Assembly (NCBI GenBank): GCA_041484665.1
Contig: JBGPIA010000003.1
Coordinates: forward strand, 32,001 to 96,000
Origin: Candidatus Krumholzibacteriia bacterium
GTDB taxonomy: Bacteria > Krumholzibacteriota > Krumholzibacteriia > JAJRXK01
Direction: 5' to 3'
Length of the DNA: 64,000 bases
Positions 19,844 through 28,263 of the stretch are shown here, one piece after another (the first letter of the stretch is position 1; the number at the start of each line of letters is the position of its first letter). The position numbers were made by a program, and so were the translations under genes. Below the pieces are notes generated by a model. The model was not told the origin of the DNA, did no database searches, and saw only the letters and a program-made list of their open reading frames with translations.

Positions 19844-19891
19844 TTAGTGCTGGCCCCGGGCCCGACGGTGACGGCGCCCGGGCGCAGGGCA

Positions 19892-20089
19892 CTACATCAT
19901 CTTCTTGGTCGCGGACCGTTTCGCGGTCCGCTTGCGACGGGCGCGCCTCTTGCCGCCCGCCTTCTTGCGGGCGCCGCCCTTCTTTCGGGCGCCACCCTTC
20001 TTCTTGGCCGCGCCCTTCTTCTTCCGACGCTTCTTGGCTCCCGCCTTCTTGCGGGCAGCCGCCAGCATTGTCAGCATTCCGTCTTCCAT
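19892..20089 (-). CDS. small, very basic histone-H1/protamine-like protein (65 aa)
   Basis: 30 of 65 residues are K/R in KKGGAR-like repeats; Lys is encoded by AAG runs in a GC-rich genome; promoter upstream and hairpin downstream. Confidence 0.75.
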   Translation of the reverse strand: MEDGMLTMLAAARKKAGAKKRRKKKGAAKKKGGARKKGGARKKAGGKRRARRKRTAKRSATKKMM

Positions 20090-20202
20090 CTTTCGTACGC
20101 CTCGCTTGTTGAGTGCAGCCTTGACTTGGGGCAAAGCCCCGCGAGTCGACGTTCGAACCACAACGAGTCTGCAACTCTCGTTCCGGTTCGTCTGTCTTGC
20201 GC

Positions 20203-20231
20203 ATTATTGAAATCGCCCCAAAGGGTGTCAA
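20203..20231 (-). promoter_or_regulatory. near-consensus sigma70 promoter of the basic-protein gene
   Basis: TTGACA-17 bp-AATAAT, preceded by a T-tract. Confidence 0.7.
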
Positions 20232-20333
20232 ACAAAAAATGCACGCGCGAGGTGGCCGGCGGAGGGGGGCGGCGTCAGTCGGAGGGTCGCGGTCGCGCCG
20301 CATGCGGATGTCGCAGGAGGACGGGACCACGAA

Positions 20334-22184
20334 ATCGGGATAGGGGGCAGCGGGGATCGCCCGCTGCTCCCCTCCCACACCACCGGACATGCGGGTCCGC
20401 ATCCGGCGGTTCGAGGAGTTGAGGTCATCCGGCCAGCCGGGGGACTCCCAGTTGGTCGAAGAGCGAGTTCGGCAGCGCGATGTGTAGCCCCATCGCGGAG
20501 TTCTTCCACCAGCGGCGGGCGTTGGCGGCGACCCGCCGCGCTACGGCGTCGGGTGTGTCCCGCCGTCGCAGCTCGCGGTAGATGGTCCGCCCTCGCTTCC
20601 ACTGCTTCAGCTGAAGGCTCCGCAAACGGTGCCGGATCCACTGGTCCAGTTCCGCGAAGATCTTCGGGGTGTCGGCGAGCTGGAAGTACTCCTTCCAGCC
20701 CCGCAGGTACGCCCGTAGTTCCCCACAGACCTGTTCCAGGCTCCGCCCTCCGTTCCGGCACGTGATCTGCCGGACACGGCCCTTCATCGCCTCAAGGGCT
20801 GGCTTGGCGACCCGGCGCCGCACCACTCCCCCCGGCGCCACCCAGAAGGCGAAGCCGAGGAACTTGCGGTCGCACGCCCAGGCCACCGCGCTCTTGTCCC
20901 GATTGATCCGAAGCCGAAGCCCCGCGTACAGCCGCTCCAGCAGCCGCATCACTCGCTCCCCCGCCCGCTGTGACCGCACATACACGTTGCAGTCATCGGC
21001 GTACCGGCAGAACGTGTGTTCGCGCTTCTCCAGCTCCTTGTCCACCTCGTCCAAAAGCACGTTCGCCAAGAGCGGTGAAATCGGTCCGCCCTGCGGCGTC
21101 CCTTCCCACCGCTCCACCACCACCCCGTCGGCCAGCACTCCGGCCTCCAGGTAGCGGCGAATCAGTCGCAGCATCCTCCGATCCCCGATACGCTTGGCAA
21201 GCCTGCTCATCAACACATCGTGATTGACGCGATCGAAGAAGCGCTCCAGATCCACGTCTACCACCCAACGGCGTCCCTCCTGGATGTACTGCTGTGCCCG
21301 ACACACCGCGTCGTGTGCACGCCGTCCAGGCCGGAATCCGTAGCTGTGGTCAGAGAAGCTCGGGTCGAATCGAGGCTGCAGCACCTGCAGCAGGGCCTGC
21401 TGGATGAAACGGTCGAGCACCGTCGGGATCCCGAGTTCTCGGGTCCCGCCGCCGTCCTTGGGGATCGCGTGCCGTCTCACCGGCTGGGGCTGGTACGTCC
21501 CCACGAGCAGCTGCTCGCGGATCCGTGTCCAGTGCTCCCGCAGATGCTCGGCCAGCTCTCCCACCGTCATCCCGTCGATGCCGGGACTGCCCTTGTTCTG
21601 CTTCACTCGCCGGAGGGCTGCCTGCAGATTCTGGCGTTCCACCACCAGCTCCATCAGGCGCTCCTCCCCCAAGCGCCCGGTCCCGTTCACCGCCGCCTTG
21701 ACTTCCCCGCTCCCTTTCCCCGCAAGGGCTTCACCCCTGCCGAGAAAGGGGAACTCCAGTTGCCCGGACATCTGGGGCGCTGTCGCAGCGAGGTTCACGT
21801 CCGTCTCGCTCTCCTTCTCGTTTGGCCCTTCGCCCCGCGCTGCCCGCGGCGGCTACTATGGCCTCGGCTGACTTCTCGCTCCACCCGAAGGCGTCGCCCT
21901 TTCAGGCGCAAGGCGAGATCTCCCCAGGTAAGGACGCTGACCTTCACTGCACGACCGCCGCGTTTACGTCGCCTGAGCCTCGGTCACCAGAGCTTCGCGG
22001 TGTCATGCCCGCTCGCCCTGCCCGGCGCCGCCTCGTACGCGGTTCTTGTCCATCGGCCCGCAGTTTCGTTCCCCGCTTCCTTCACGCCGGCCTCACGGAC
22101 CGACGCTCTGCGGTTCCCTTCGGTCGCCGTGACCAGCTCCCGGAAGGACTTCCACCTTCAAGTCAGCGCCCATGCTGGGCGCAC
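20334..22184 (-). mobile_element. group II intron, class C (IIC), apparently full length (about 1.85 kb)
   Basis: 5' end GTGCGCCCAGCATGGGCG at 22184; domain V GAACCGCCGGATGCGGACCCGCATGTCCGGTGGTGTGGGAGG (CGC triad); domain VI ending CCCTATCCCGAT at 20334; RT ORF inside; inserted 5 nt after a stem-loop. Confidence 0.92.
20425..21798 (-). CDS. ltrA: group II intron reverse transcriptase/maturase without endonuclease domain
   Basis: PGIDG, RELGIPTVLDR, SYGFRPGR, DLERFFD, GTPQGG, RYADD, FLGF and maturase LRGWKEYF; ends with no HNH domain. Confidence 0.95.
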   Translation of the reverse strand: MNLAATAPQMSGQLEFPFLGRGEALAGKGSGEVKAAVNGTGRLGEERLMELVVERQNLQAALRRVKQNKGSPGIDGMTVGELAEHLREHWTRIREQLLVGTYQPQPVRRHAIPKDGGGTRELGIPTVLDRFIQQALLQVLQPRFDPSFSDHSYGFRPGRRAHDAVCRAQQYIQEGRRWVVDVDLERFFDRVNHDVLMSRLAKRIGDRRMLRLIRRYLEAGVLADGVVVERWEGTPQGGPISPLLANVLLDEVDKELEKREHTFCRYADDCNVYVRSQRAGERVMRLLERLYAGLRLRINRDKSAVAWACDRKFLGFAFWVAPGGVVRRRVAKPALEAMKGRVRQITCRNGGRSLEQVCGELRAYLRGWKEYFQLADTPKIFAELDQWIRHRLRSLQLKQWKRGRTIYRELRRRDTPDAVARRVAANARRWWKNSAMGLHIALPNSLFDQLGVPRLAG

Positions 22185-22189
22185 ATGAG

Positions 22190-22221
22190 CGAGGCCGCGC
22201 ATCGGATGTCGCGCGGCCTCG
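22190..22221 (-). terminator. stem-loop after tRNA-Leu (intron target)
   Basis: 11-bp stem CGAGGCCGCGC / GCGCGGCCTCG with a 10-nt loop. Confidence 0.7.
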
Positions 22222-22235
22222 GCGCTGCGGAGATG

Positions 22236-22320
22236 TGGTGCCCGGGGCGGGATTCGAACCCGCACAGCTTGCGCCACTGCCCCCTCAAGACAGCGTGTCT
22301 GCCAATTCCACCACCCGGGC
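22236..22320 (-). tRNA. tRNA-Leu (GAG)
   Basis: GCCCGGGTGGTGGAATTGGCAGAC...CTGTC-TTGAGGG-GGCAG, long variable arm, GGTTCGAATCC, ends ACCA; follows secG as usual. Confidence 0.97.
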
Positions 22321-22337
22321 ACGCGTTGGCGCGCGGC

Positions 22338-22784
22338 TCACTTTCCCTGGGGCTTCTGCTGGGTCGACGTTTCCGCACCTGCGGCCGGCGGTGCCGCGGG
22401 CGTCCCGGCCGGTGCCTGCACCGGTACCGCGGGAGCCGGCACCGCAGGCTGACCCTGCGCCGGCTCCGTCGTGGGCACCGCCGCGCCGCCCGTGACCGGC
22501 AGCTCTTCGAGTCCACGCCGGGCCTCCGCCTGGGGAGTGCGGTTGGCGCGGTTGGCCGTCATGACGACCAACAGGCCGCTGCAGAGCATGAAGCCCACCG
22601 CCAGGTAGATGGTGGCCTTATGCAGGAAGGTCGTGACCCCGTGGGTTCCGAACACGGCCTGCCCAGCCCCGCCGCCGAAGGCGCCCGCCAGCCCGTCGCC
22701 CTTGCTGGACTGCAGCAGGATCACGACGCAGAGCAGGAAACAGATCAGACCGTGGAGAGCAAACAGCAGGTAGTACATCGTCAT
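22338..22784 (-). CDS. secG: preprotein translocase subunit SecG with Pro/Ala tail
   Basis: ILLQSSKGDGLAGAFGGG...VFG...FLHKAT; two TM segments. Confidence 0.95.
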   Translation of the reverse strand: MTMYYLLFALHGLICFLLCVVILLQSSKGDGLAGAFGGGAGQAVFGTHGVTTFLHKATIYLAVGFMLCSGLLVVMTANRANRTPQAEARRGLEELPVTGGAAVPTTEPAQGQPAVPAPAVPVQAPAGTPAAPPAAGAETSTQQKPQGK

Positions 22785-22847
22785 TCGCCTGGAGATCGAG
22801 GCCCGGTCGGGCCCCGGGAAAAGCGGTCGCCGCAGAACCGAACGGTC

Positions 22848-22876
22848 AAGCTAGCACGGGCGTTTGCGGGTGTCAA
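22848..22876 (-). promoter_or_regulatory. secG promoter
   Basis: TTGACA-17 bp-TAGCTT with TGn extension. Confidence 0.6.
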
Positions 22877-22952
22877 ACCGCGGGACGGCGGTGCGGCGAG
22901 AGCCCGCAGCGCCGGGCGGCGTGGACCGTCGAGCGATCCGGGCGACGCGGCG

Positions 22953-23723
22953 TCAGTGCCCGTCCTGGTAGCACACGATCTGCACGAACCGCTGGGCGTC
23001 GAGGCTGGCGCCACCCACCAGCGCACCGTCGATCTCCGGCGAGGACATGTAGGCGCGGATGTTCTCGGAGTTCACGCTGCCCCCGTACAGGATGCGGGTG
23101 GTCTGGGAGACCTTGTCCCCGCCACGCTCCCTTAGCAGACCGCGCACCAGGCGGTGCACGCGCTCGGCGTCGACCACCTCGGCGTTGCGTCCCGACCCGA
23201 TGGCCCACACGGGCTCGTAGGCCATCACCAGCGCCGCGATCTGCGGCGGGTCGAGCACGTCCAGCACCCGTGACACCTGGGCGATCACGTGCGCCTCGGT
23301 GCGCCCCGCCTCGCGGATCTCCAACGTCTCGCCGAAGCAGAAGACCGGCGTGATCCCCACGCGGAAGGCGGCGCGGATCTTGGCGGCGACCAGCTCATCG
23401 GTCTCGCCGAAGTTCTGCCGGCGCTCGCTGTGACCCAGGACGCAGCAGCGTACGCCGAGCTCCTTGAGCTGCTCGGCGCTCACGCCCCCCGTCACCGCTC
23501 CCGGCTCGTGGGGCACCAGATCCTGGGCCCCGACGCCGATAACGCTGCCCTCCAGGGCCTCCTTGACCGGGACGATGTGGGGGAACGACGGGCAGACTGC
23601 CACCTCCGGCCCGGCGTAGATGCCCGCCACCTTGCGCTTGAGCTCCCGGGCGAGCGCCATCGCCCCGGAGTAGCTCAGGCTCATCTTCCAGTTGCCGATG
23701 ATGAATGGACGGCGCATCGCCAC
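22953..23723 (-). CDS. tpiA: triosephosphate isomerase
   Basis: GNWKM, GHSERR, AYEPVWAIG, ILYGGSV, DGALVGGASL. Confidence 0.98.
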   Translation of the reverse strand: MAMRRPFIIGNWKMSLSYSGAMALARELKRKVAGIYAGPEVAVCPSFPHIVPVKEALEGSVIGVGAQDLVPHEPGAVTGGVSAEQLKELGVRCCVLGHSERRQNFGETDELVAAKIRAAFRVGITPVFCFGETLEIREAGRTEAHVIAQVSRVLDVLDPPQIAALVMAYEPVWAIGSGRNAEVVDAERVHRLVRGLLRERGGDKVSQTTRILYGGSVNSENIRAYMSSPEIDGALVGGASLDAQRFVQIVCYQDGH

Positions 23724-23759
23724 GACCTACCCCCGTGGATCCCGCCAGCAGAGGCGGCG

Positions 23760-24974
23760 TCAGACGCGCATGCTGCTGGCGTCGCTGAGGGCCTCCACGC
23801 CCGGCAGCGTCTTTCCCGCCAGGAATTCCAGCGAGGCCCCCCCACCGGTGGAGATATGGGTGATGCGGCTCGCGATATCCATCTCCGCCAGCGCCGCCAC
23901 GGAATCGCCACCGCCGACCACCGTGCGCGCTCCCGTCTCGGTCGCCTGCGCCATGGCGCGCGCGATCCCCCGCGTGCCCTTGGCGAACGCCGGGATCTCG
24001 AAGACCCCCATGGGCCCGTTCCAGAAGATGGTATTGGCCGACTCGATCACCTGGCTGTAGAGCTTGATCGTGCGCGAGCCGATGTCCAGACCCTGCCAGC
24101 TCTCGGGAATGTCGGTGACGAGGACCTCCTTGCGCTCCCCGTGCTCGCCGAACTCGCTGCTCACCACGCAGTCCTGGGGGAGCAGCAGCTGCGTCGTGGA
24201 CCGCTTGGCTTTCAGCGTGATTCCGCGCACGGTCTCCAGGAGATCGTTGTCCACGAGGCTGTTGCCCACCTCCAGCCCGTGGACCTTGAAGAAGGTGAAG
24301 GCCATCCCGCCACCCACGAGGATGGTGTCGACGCGGTCGAGGAGGTTCTCGATCACCTCGATCTTGCCGCTCACCTTGGCACCACCCAGCACCGCCACGA
24401 AGGGCCGGGTGGGATTCTCCAGCAGGGCGCCGAGATTCTCCAGCTCCTTGTCCATGAGCAGCCCAGAAACGCGCAGATCGAAGTAGCGCGTCACGCCCAC
24501 CGTCGAGGCATGGGCGCGGTGGGCGGTCCCGAAGGCGTCGTTGACGTACAGATCACCGAGCTCGGAGAGCTGCCGGGCGAACCCGTCGTCGTTCTTCTCC
24601 TCCTCAGAGTAGAAACGGAGATTCTCCAGCAGAGCGACCTGGCCGGGCTGCAGTGCGTGCACGACCTTGCCCGCCGGCTCGCCGATGCAGTCGTCGGCGA
24701 ACCGGATGGGGATGCTGGGGAGCAACTCGCTGAGCCGGTCGGCGACGGGGCGAAGGCTGAACTTCTCGCTGCGCTGCCCTTTGGGGCGGCCCAGGTGCGA
24801 CATCAGGACGGGCATGCCGCCGTGCGCGACGATGAACTGGATCGTCGAGATCGAGCCCCGCAAGCGCGTGTCGTCGGTGATCGCGCCGTTGGGGTCCATG
24901 GGCACGTTGAAATCGACACGCGTGAGCACACGGCGGCCGTGGAGGTCGACGTCCTGCACGGAGAGCTTCTTCAT
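23760..24974 (-). CDS. pgk: phosphoglycerate kinase
   Basis: RVDFNVP, SHLGRPKG, LLENLRF, NDAFGTAHRAHAS, WNGPMGVFE, HISTGGGASLE. Confidence 0.99.
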   Translation of the reverse strand: MKKLSVQDVDLHGRRVLTRVDFNVPMDPNGAITDDTRLRGSISTIQFIVAHGGMPVLMSHLGRPKGQRSEKFSLRPVADRLSELLPSIPIRFADDCIGEPAGKVVHALQPGQVALLENLRFYSEEEKNDDGFARQLSELGDLYVNDAFGTAHRAHASTVGVTRYFDLRVSGLLMDKELENLGALLENPTRPFVAVLGGAKVSGKIEVIENLLDRVDTILVGGGMAFTFFKVHGLEVGNSLVDNDLLETVRGITLKAKRSTTQLLLPQDCVVSSEFGEHGERKEVLVTDIPESWQGLDIGSRTIKLYSQVIESANTIFWNGPMGVFEIPAFAKGTRGIARAMAQATETGARTVVGGGDSVAALAEMDIASRITHISTGGGASLEFLAGKTLPGVEALSDASSMRV

Positions 24975-25046
24975 GGGCCAACCGACTCCCGGTTCGGGAA
25001 CGCAGCGGATGGCCGCGAGCACAGGGCCCGCGCGCTCAGCTGGGCT

Positions 25047-25892
25047 CTATGTGCTTGAATCACATGGAGTTAGAGACCAACCCCGCCGCAAACATTCTAG
25101 GGAGCCGCGCAACGGGGTGTCAAGGCCAACTTCCCGCGGTGCGCGGCTCGCCCCGCCCAACGCAAGGCCCGCCACTGGGTTGCCGCGAGCGCCCAGGATC
25201 CTCAGCGCGGCCTGCGCGGTGGCCCCGGTGGTGATCTGATCCTCCACCAGCACCAAGGGACGGTCGCGCGGGATCTCCGCGAGATTGCCCGCGGAGAACA
25301 TCCCATCGACGTTGCGCCAGCGCTGCAGCGGATCGCGCAGACGGGCCTGCGGCGGCGCCGCTCGCCTGCGGCGCAGCAGATCGCCGCGCAGCGGGCAGCC
25401 CGCGCGACGCGCCAGCGCCGACGCAATGAGGCGCGCGGGACTGAAGCCGCGCTCGCGCAGGCGCAACGGGTCGTCGGGTGCGGGCACCAACACGGCCTGG
25501 GCCGTGAGCCAGCCAGCGCGCACGCCGGCGTGGGCGAGCGTAACGGCGAGCTGCGTCAACAGCGCGCTGCGCCCGCCGTACTTCGCCGCGTGCAGCAGCG
25601 CGAAGAGCGCCGGGGAGTCGGCGTACGCCCAGCGCAGGGGAGCGCCCGCGTGCAGCGCCCGCGGCCACCCCGGCGCGAACGTGGCGCGTGGCAGCGCGCG
25701 CAGGCAGCATCGGTGCAGCAGCGGCGACGGGGCCCGTCCCCGGCTGCACACCACCCCGGGCTGCCCCAGCTCGATCCACTGCTCGCACACGGGACACTGA
25801 GCGGGCCACAGCAGGTCCAGGGCCGTGCCGCCTAACGCCAGCGCCTGCGCGCGCAGCGCGCGCCAGCAGGGCGTGCGCCTGGCCATCAACAC
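25047..25892 (-). CDS. comF: ComF family (zinc ribbon + phosphoribosyltransferase-like) protein, divergent
   Basis: LLWPAQCPVC, LHAAKY, RLRERGF, R.RNV.G.F, LVLVEDQITTGAT. Confidence 0.8.
   Translation of the reverse strand: MLMARRTPCWRALRAQALALGGTALDLLWPAQCPVCEQWIELGQPGVVCSRGRAPSPLLHRCCLRALPRATFAPGWPRALHAGAPLRWAYADSPALFALLHAAKYGGRSALLTQLAVTLAHAGVRAGWLTAQAVLVPAPDDPLRLRERGFSPARLIASALARRAGCPLRGDLLRRRRAAPPQARLRDPLQRWRNVDGMFSAGNLAEIPRDRPLVLVEDQITTGATAQAALRILGARGNPVAGLALGGASRAPREVGLDTPLRGSLECLRRGWSLTPCDSST
25094..25123 (-). promoter_or_regulatory. pgk promoter inside the comF 3' end
   Basis: TTGACA-18 bp-TAGAAT. Confidence 0.55.
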
Positions 25893-25996
25893 ACCTCACG
25901 ACGGGAGGCTGGACTCCAAGCGGCCAGCGCTGGCGGGCGCAACCGCGATCATCCAGCGCCGGGAGACACTGCTCCTTGCGTCCAGCCCCGGCCCAC

Positions 25997-26872
25997 TCAA
26001 TCCCAGGAGCGGCCGAGGCTCGCGGCCATGGCCTGCAACGGCGGCTCCCCACCCAGCCAGAGCGAGAAGGCGAGTGCCGCTTGCGCGATCAGCATCGGGA
26101 TCCCATCCATCACCGGGCAGCCCCGCCGGGACGCCGCGCGCAGCAGCTGCGACGGGACCACACTGTAGGTGAGGTCCACGACCAGCGCCCCCGCGCGCAG
26201 CTGCGCCACGTCCACCGGTGACGGGTCGTCCACCCGCAATCCGAGCGGCGTCGCCTGGATGACAAGCGCCGCGTCGCGCAGCACCGGATCATCCAGCGGT
26301 CCCACGCGCGCGCCGCGCTGCGCGGCCCAGCCCGCCGCGTCGGGGCGGCGCGCCAGGACCGCGATCGAGTGCGCGTTCAGCTCCTGGAGCGCGGCCACCG
26401 CGGCGCGGGCCGCGCCGCCGGCTCCCACCACGACCGCTGGCTGCGTCCGCGTGGGCGCGACCGCCGCCCACGGTGTCCGCCGCAGCGCCATCGCCAGGCC
26501 CGCTGCGTCGGTATTGTGCGCCCGCCAGCCGCCCTGCGCACGCGCCAACGTGTTGGCTGCGCCCACGACCTGCGCGCTGGCGTCACAGCCCACGGCCAGC
26601 GTCAGCGCGGCCAGTTTGTGCGGCACGGTGACGTTGAGGCCCAAGAGGCCAGCGGCGTGGGCGTGCGCAAGACATTCGGCCAGGTTGGCGGCAACAACCT
26701 GCACGGCGGCGTACGACGCGTCGTGACCGCGAGAGGCTAGCGCGGCGGCGAACAAGCGCGGGCTGAGACTGTGCGCGACCGGGTCCCCGAGCAACGCGAG
26801 CTTCGGCCACGGCGCATCGCGCCGGCCATCGGCCGTCCGCAGTCGGCCCGCGCGATACTGCAGGGGTTTCAC
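25997..26872 (-). CDS. aroE: shikimate dehydrogenase
   Basis: GDPVAHSLSP, GLNVTVPHK, GAANT, HNTD, GAGGAARA, ATPLG, DLTY, DG..MLIAQ. Confidence 0.92.
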   Translation of the reverse strand: MKPLQYRAGRLRTADGRRDAPWPKLALLGDPVAHSLSPRLFAAALASRGHDASYAAVQVVAANLAECLAHAHAAGLLGLNVTVPHKLAALTLAVGCDASAQVVGAANTLARAQGGWRAHNTDAAGLAMALRRTPWAAVAPTRTQPAVVVGAGGAARAAVAALQELNAHSIAVLARRPDAAGWAAQRGARVGPLDDPVLRDAALVIQATPLGLRVDDPSPVDVAQLRAGALVVDLTYSVVPSQLLRAASRRGCPVMDGIPMLIAQAALAFSLWLGGEPPLQAMAASLGRSWD

Positions 26873-28206
26873 CGCCCGCTGACGGTGAGGCCGTCCACCA
26901 GCAGGCTGGGGCAACCGACGTTGGCGTCGAACCAGAGGTCGCTGCCCACCTCCACGATACGCTGCAGCAGCTCCAGCAGGTTGCCCGCGACGGTCATCTC
27001 CCCCACCGGGTACGCGCGCCGACCACCCTCGATCCAATGACCGACCAGGCCCAGGCTGAAATCCAGGGTGACCGCGTTGGCCGTGTGCAGCCCCATCAGG
27101 TCCTGGATCTCAAACCCGCGCGCGATCTGCGTGCGCAGCGCGTCCAGGGCGCGGCGTCCCGGCAGCAGCACGAGGTTGGTGGGGGCGACGCGCACGGCGG
27201 CGGCGAAGTCGTCGCGCGCGGCGTTGGCGGTGACGGCGACCCCCATGCGTCGCGCGGAGTAGCTGCTGTGGAGCAGGCTGCGCAGCTCGCCGTCCTCGAC
27301 CAGGGGCGTGGCCCGGGCGGGCACGCCCTCCGCGTCGAAGGGCATCCCGCCGATCCCGCCCGCGTGGAACGGATCGTCAACGATGCGCACGAGGGGCGCG
27401 GCGACCCGTTGTCCCACACGCCCGGCCAGCGGGCTGCTCCCCAGCAGGCACTCCTCCGCCGACAACGGCACGGCCAACAGGGAGAGCAGCGCCGTGGCGG
27501 CCACCGGGTCCAACAGCACCGGTCCCTTGAAAGTCTCTGCCTGCCGGCTGCCCAGCAACTCGACGGCGTGGCGCGCCGCTGCGCGCCCGACCCCCAAGGC
27601 ATCGAGTCCGCCCGCTCCGCGCGCGTGCGCCGCGTGGTGCCCGGTGCGCTCATCGCCACCGCCCGCCGCCACGACCTCCACGGCCAACGACGCCGCGCTC
27701 GCCTCCCCGGCCGCGCGCACTCCCCGGCTGTTCACCACGACCTGCGCCGCCAGCACGTCCTCGTAGGTCGCCGCCTCGCACTTGGCGACGCGTGGATCGG
27801 CCGCGAATGCAGCCTCCTCCGCCGCGCGTGCCAGCGCCACGCGTCGCACGTCGGGCAGATCGCGCAGGGCGGCCTCGCAAAACGCGCCGTCGGGCGGAAG
27901 CTGGGGCGCGGGCTCGGCCAGCACCGAGGCCTCCCGCGGCTCGGCGACGGCCGCCACGGCGGCAGCCCGCTGCAGAGCCGCAGCGATCCCGGCCTCGCTC
28001 AGGTCGGTGGTGAAGGCCGTCCCGACGCGGCCGCCACGCTCCAGACGCAGACCCAGCCCGCGCCGCACCGCGCGCGAGAACGACTCCACCTCGCCTCGAT
28101 GCACCTGCACGCGCGTCTGCTCCGTGCGCTGCAGGAAGGCTTCCGCGCCGTAGCTCTGCGCCTGCGCGCCGCGCACGGCCGTCTCGGCGATCTGCAGATC
28201 GTCCAT
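26869..28206 (-). CDS. pmbA: TldD/PmbA family protein (PmbA/TldE-like)
   Basis: GLGLR, NSRG, FDAEGV, DFSL...G.WIEGG, MTVAGNL; no HExxxH, consistent with PmbA. Confidence 0.88.
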   Translation of the reverse strand: MDDLQIAETAVRGAQAQSYGAEAFLQRTEQTRVQVHRGEVESFSRAVRRGLGLRLERGGRVGTAFTTDLSEAGIAAALQRAAAVAAVAEPREASVLAEPAPQLPPDGAFCEAALRDLPDVRRVALARAAEEAAFAADPRVAKCEAATYEDVLAAQVVVNSRGVRAAGEASAASLAVEVVAAGGGDERTGHHAAHARGAGGLDALGVGRAAARHAVELLGSRQAETFKGPVLLDPVAATALLSLLAVPLSAEECLLGSSPLAGRVGQRVAAPLVRIVDDPFHAGGIGGMPFDAEGVPARATPLVEDGELRSLLHSSYSARRMGVAVTANAARDDFAAAVRVAPTNLVLLPGRRALDALRTQIARGFEIQDLMGLHTANAVTLDFSLGLVGHWIEGGRRAYPVGEMTVAGNLLELLQRIVEVGSDLWFDANVGCPSLLVDGLTVSGR

Positions 28207-28263
28207 CGTCCTCCCACTCCGGACGGCGTGGAGGAGGCTCGCACGTCGCCCGCGCCGGGCGAC

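Noticed and set aside
20425..21798. RT as a retron, DGR, CRISPR-associated or defence RT
   Set aside because: It has a maturase domain and sits within complete IIC ribozyme ends; no msr/msd, TR/VR pair or cas genes are nearby.
22236..22320. Prophage or genomic island integrated at tRNA-Leu
   Set aside because: No integrase and no duplicated tRNA 3' end seen in the window.
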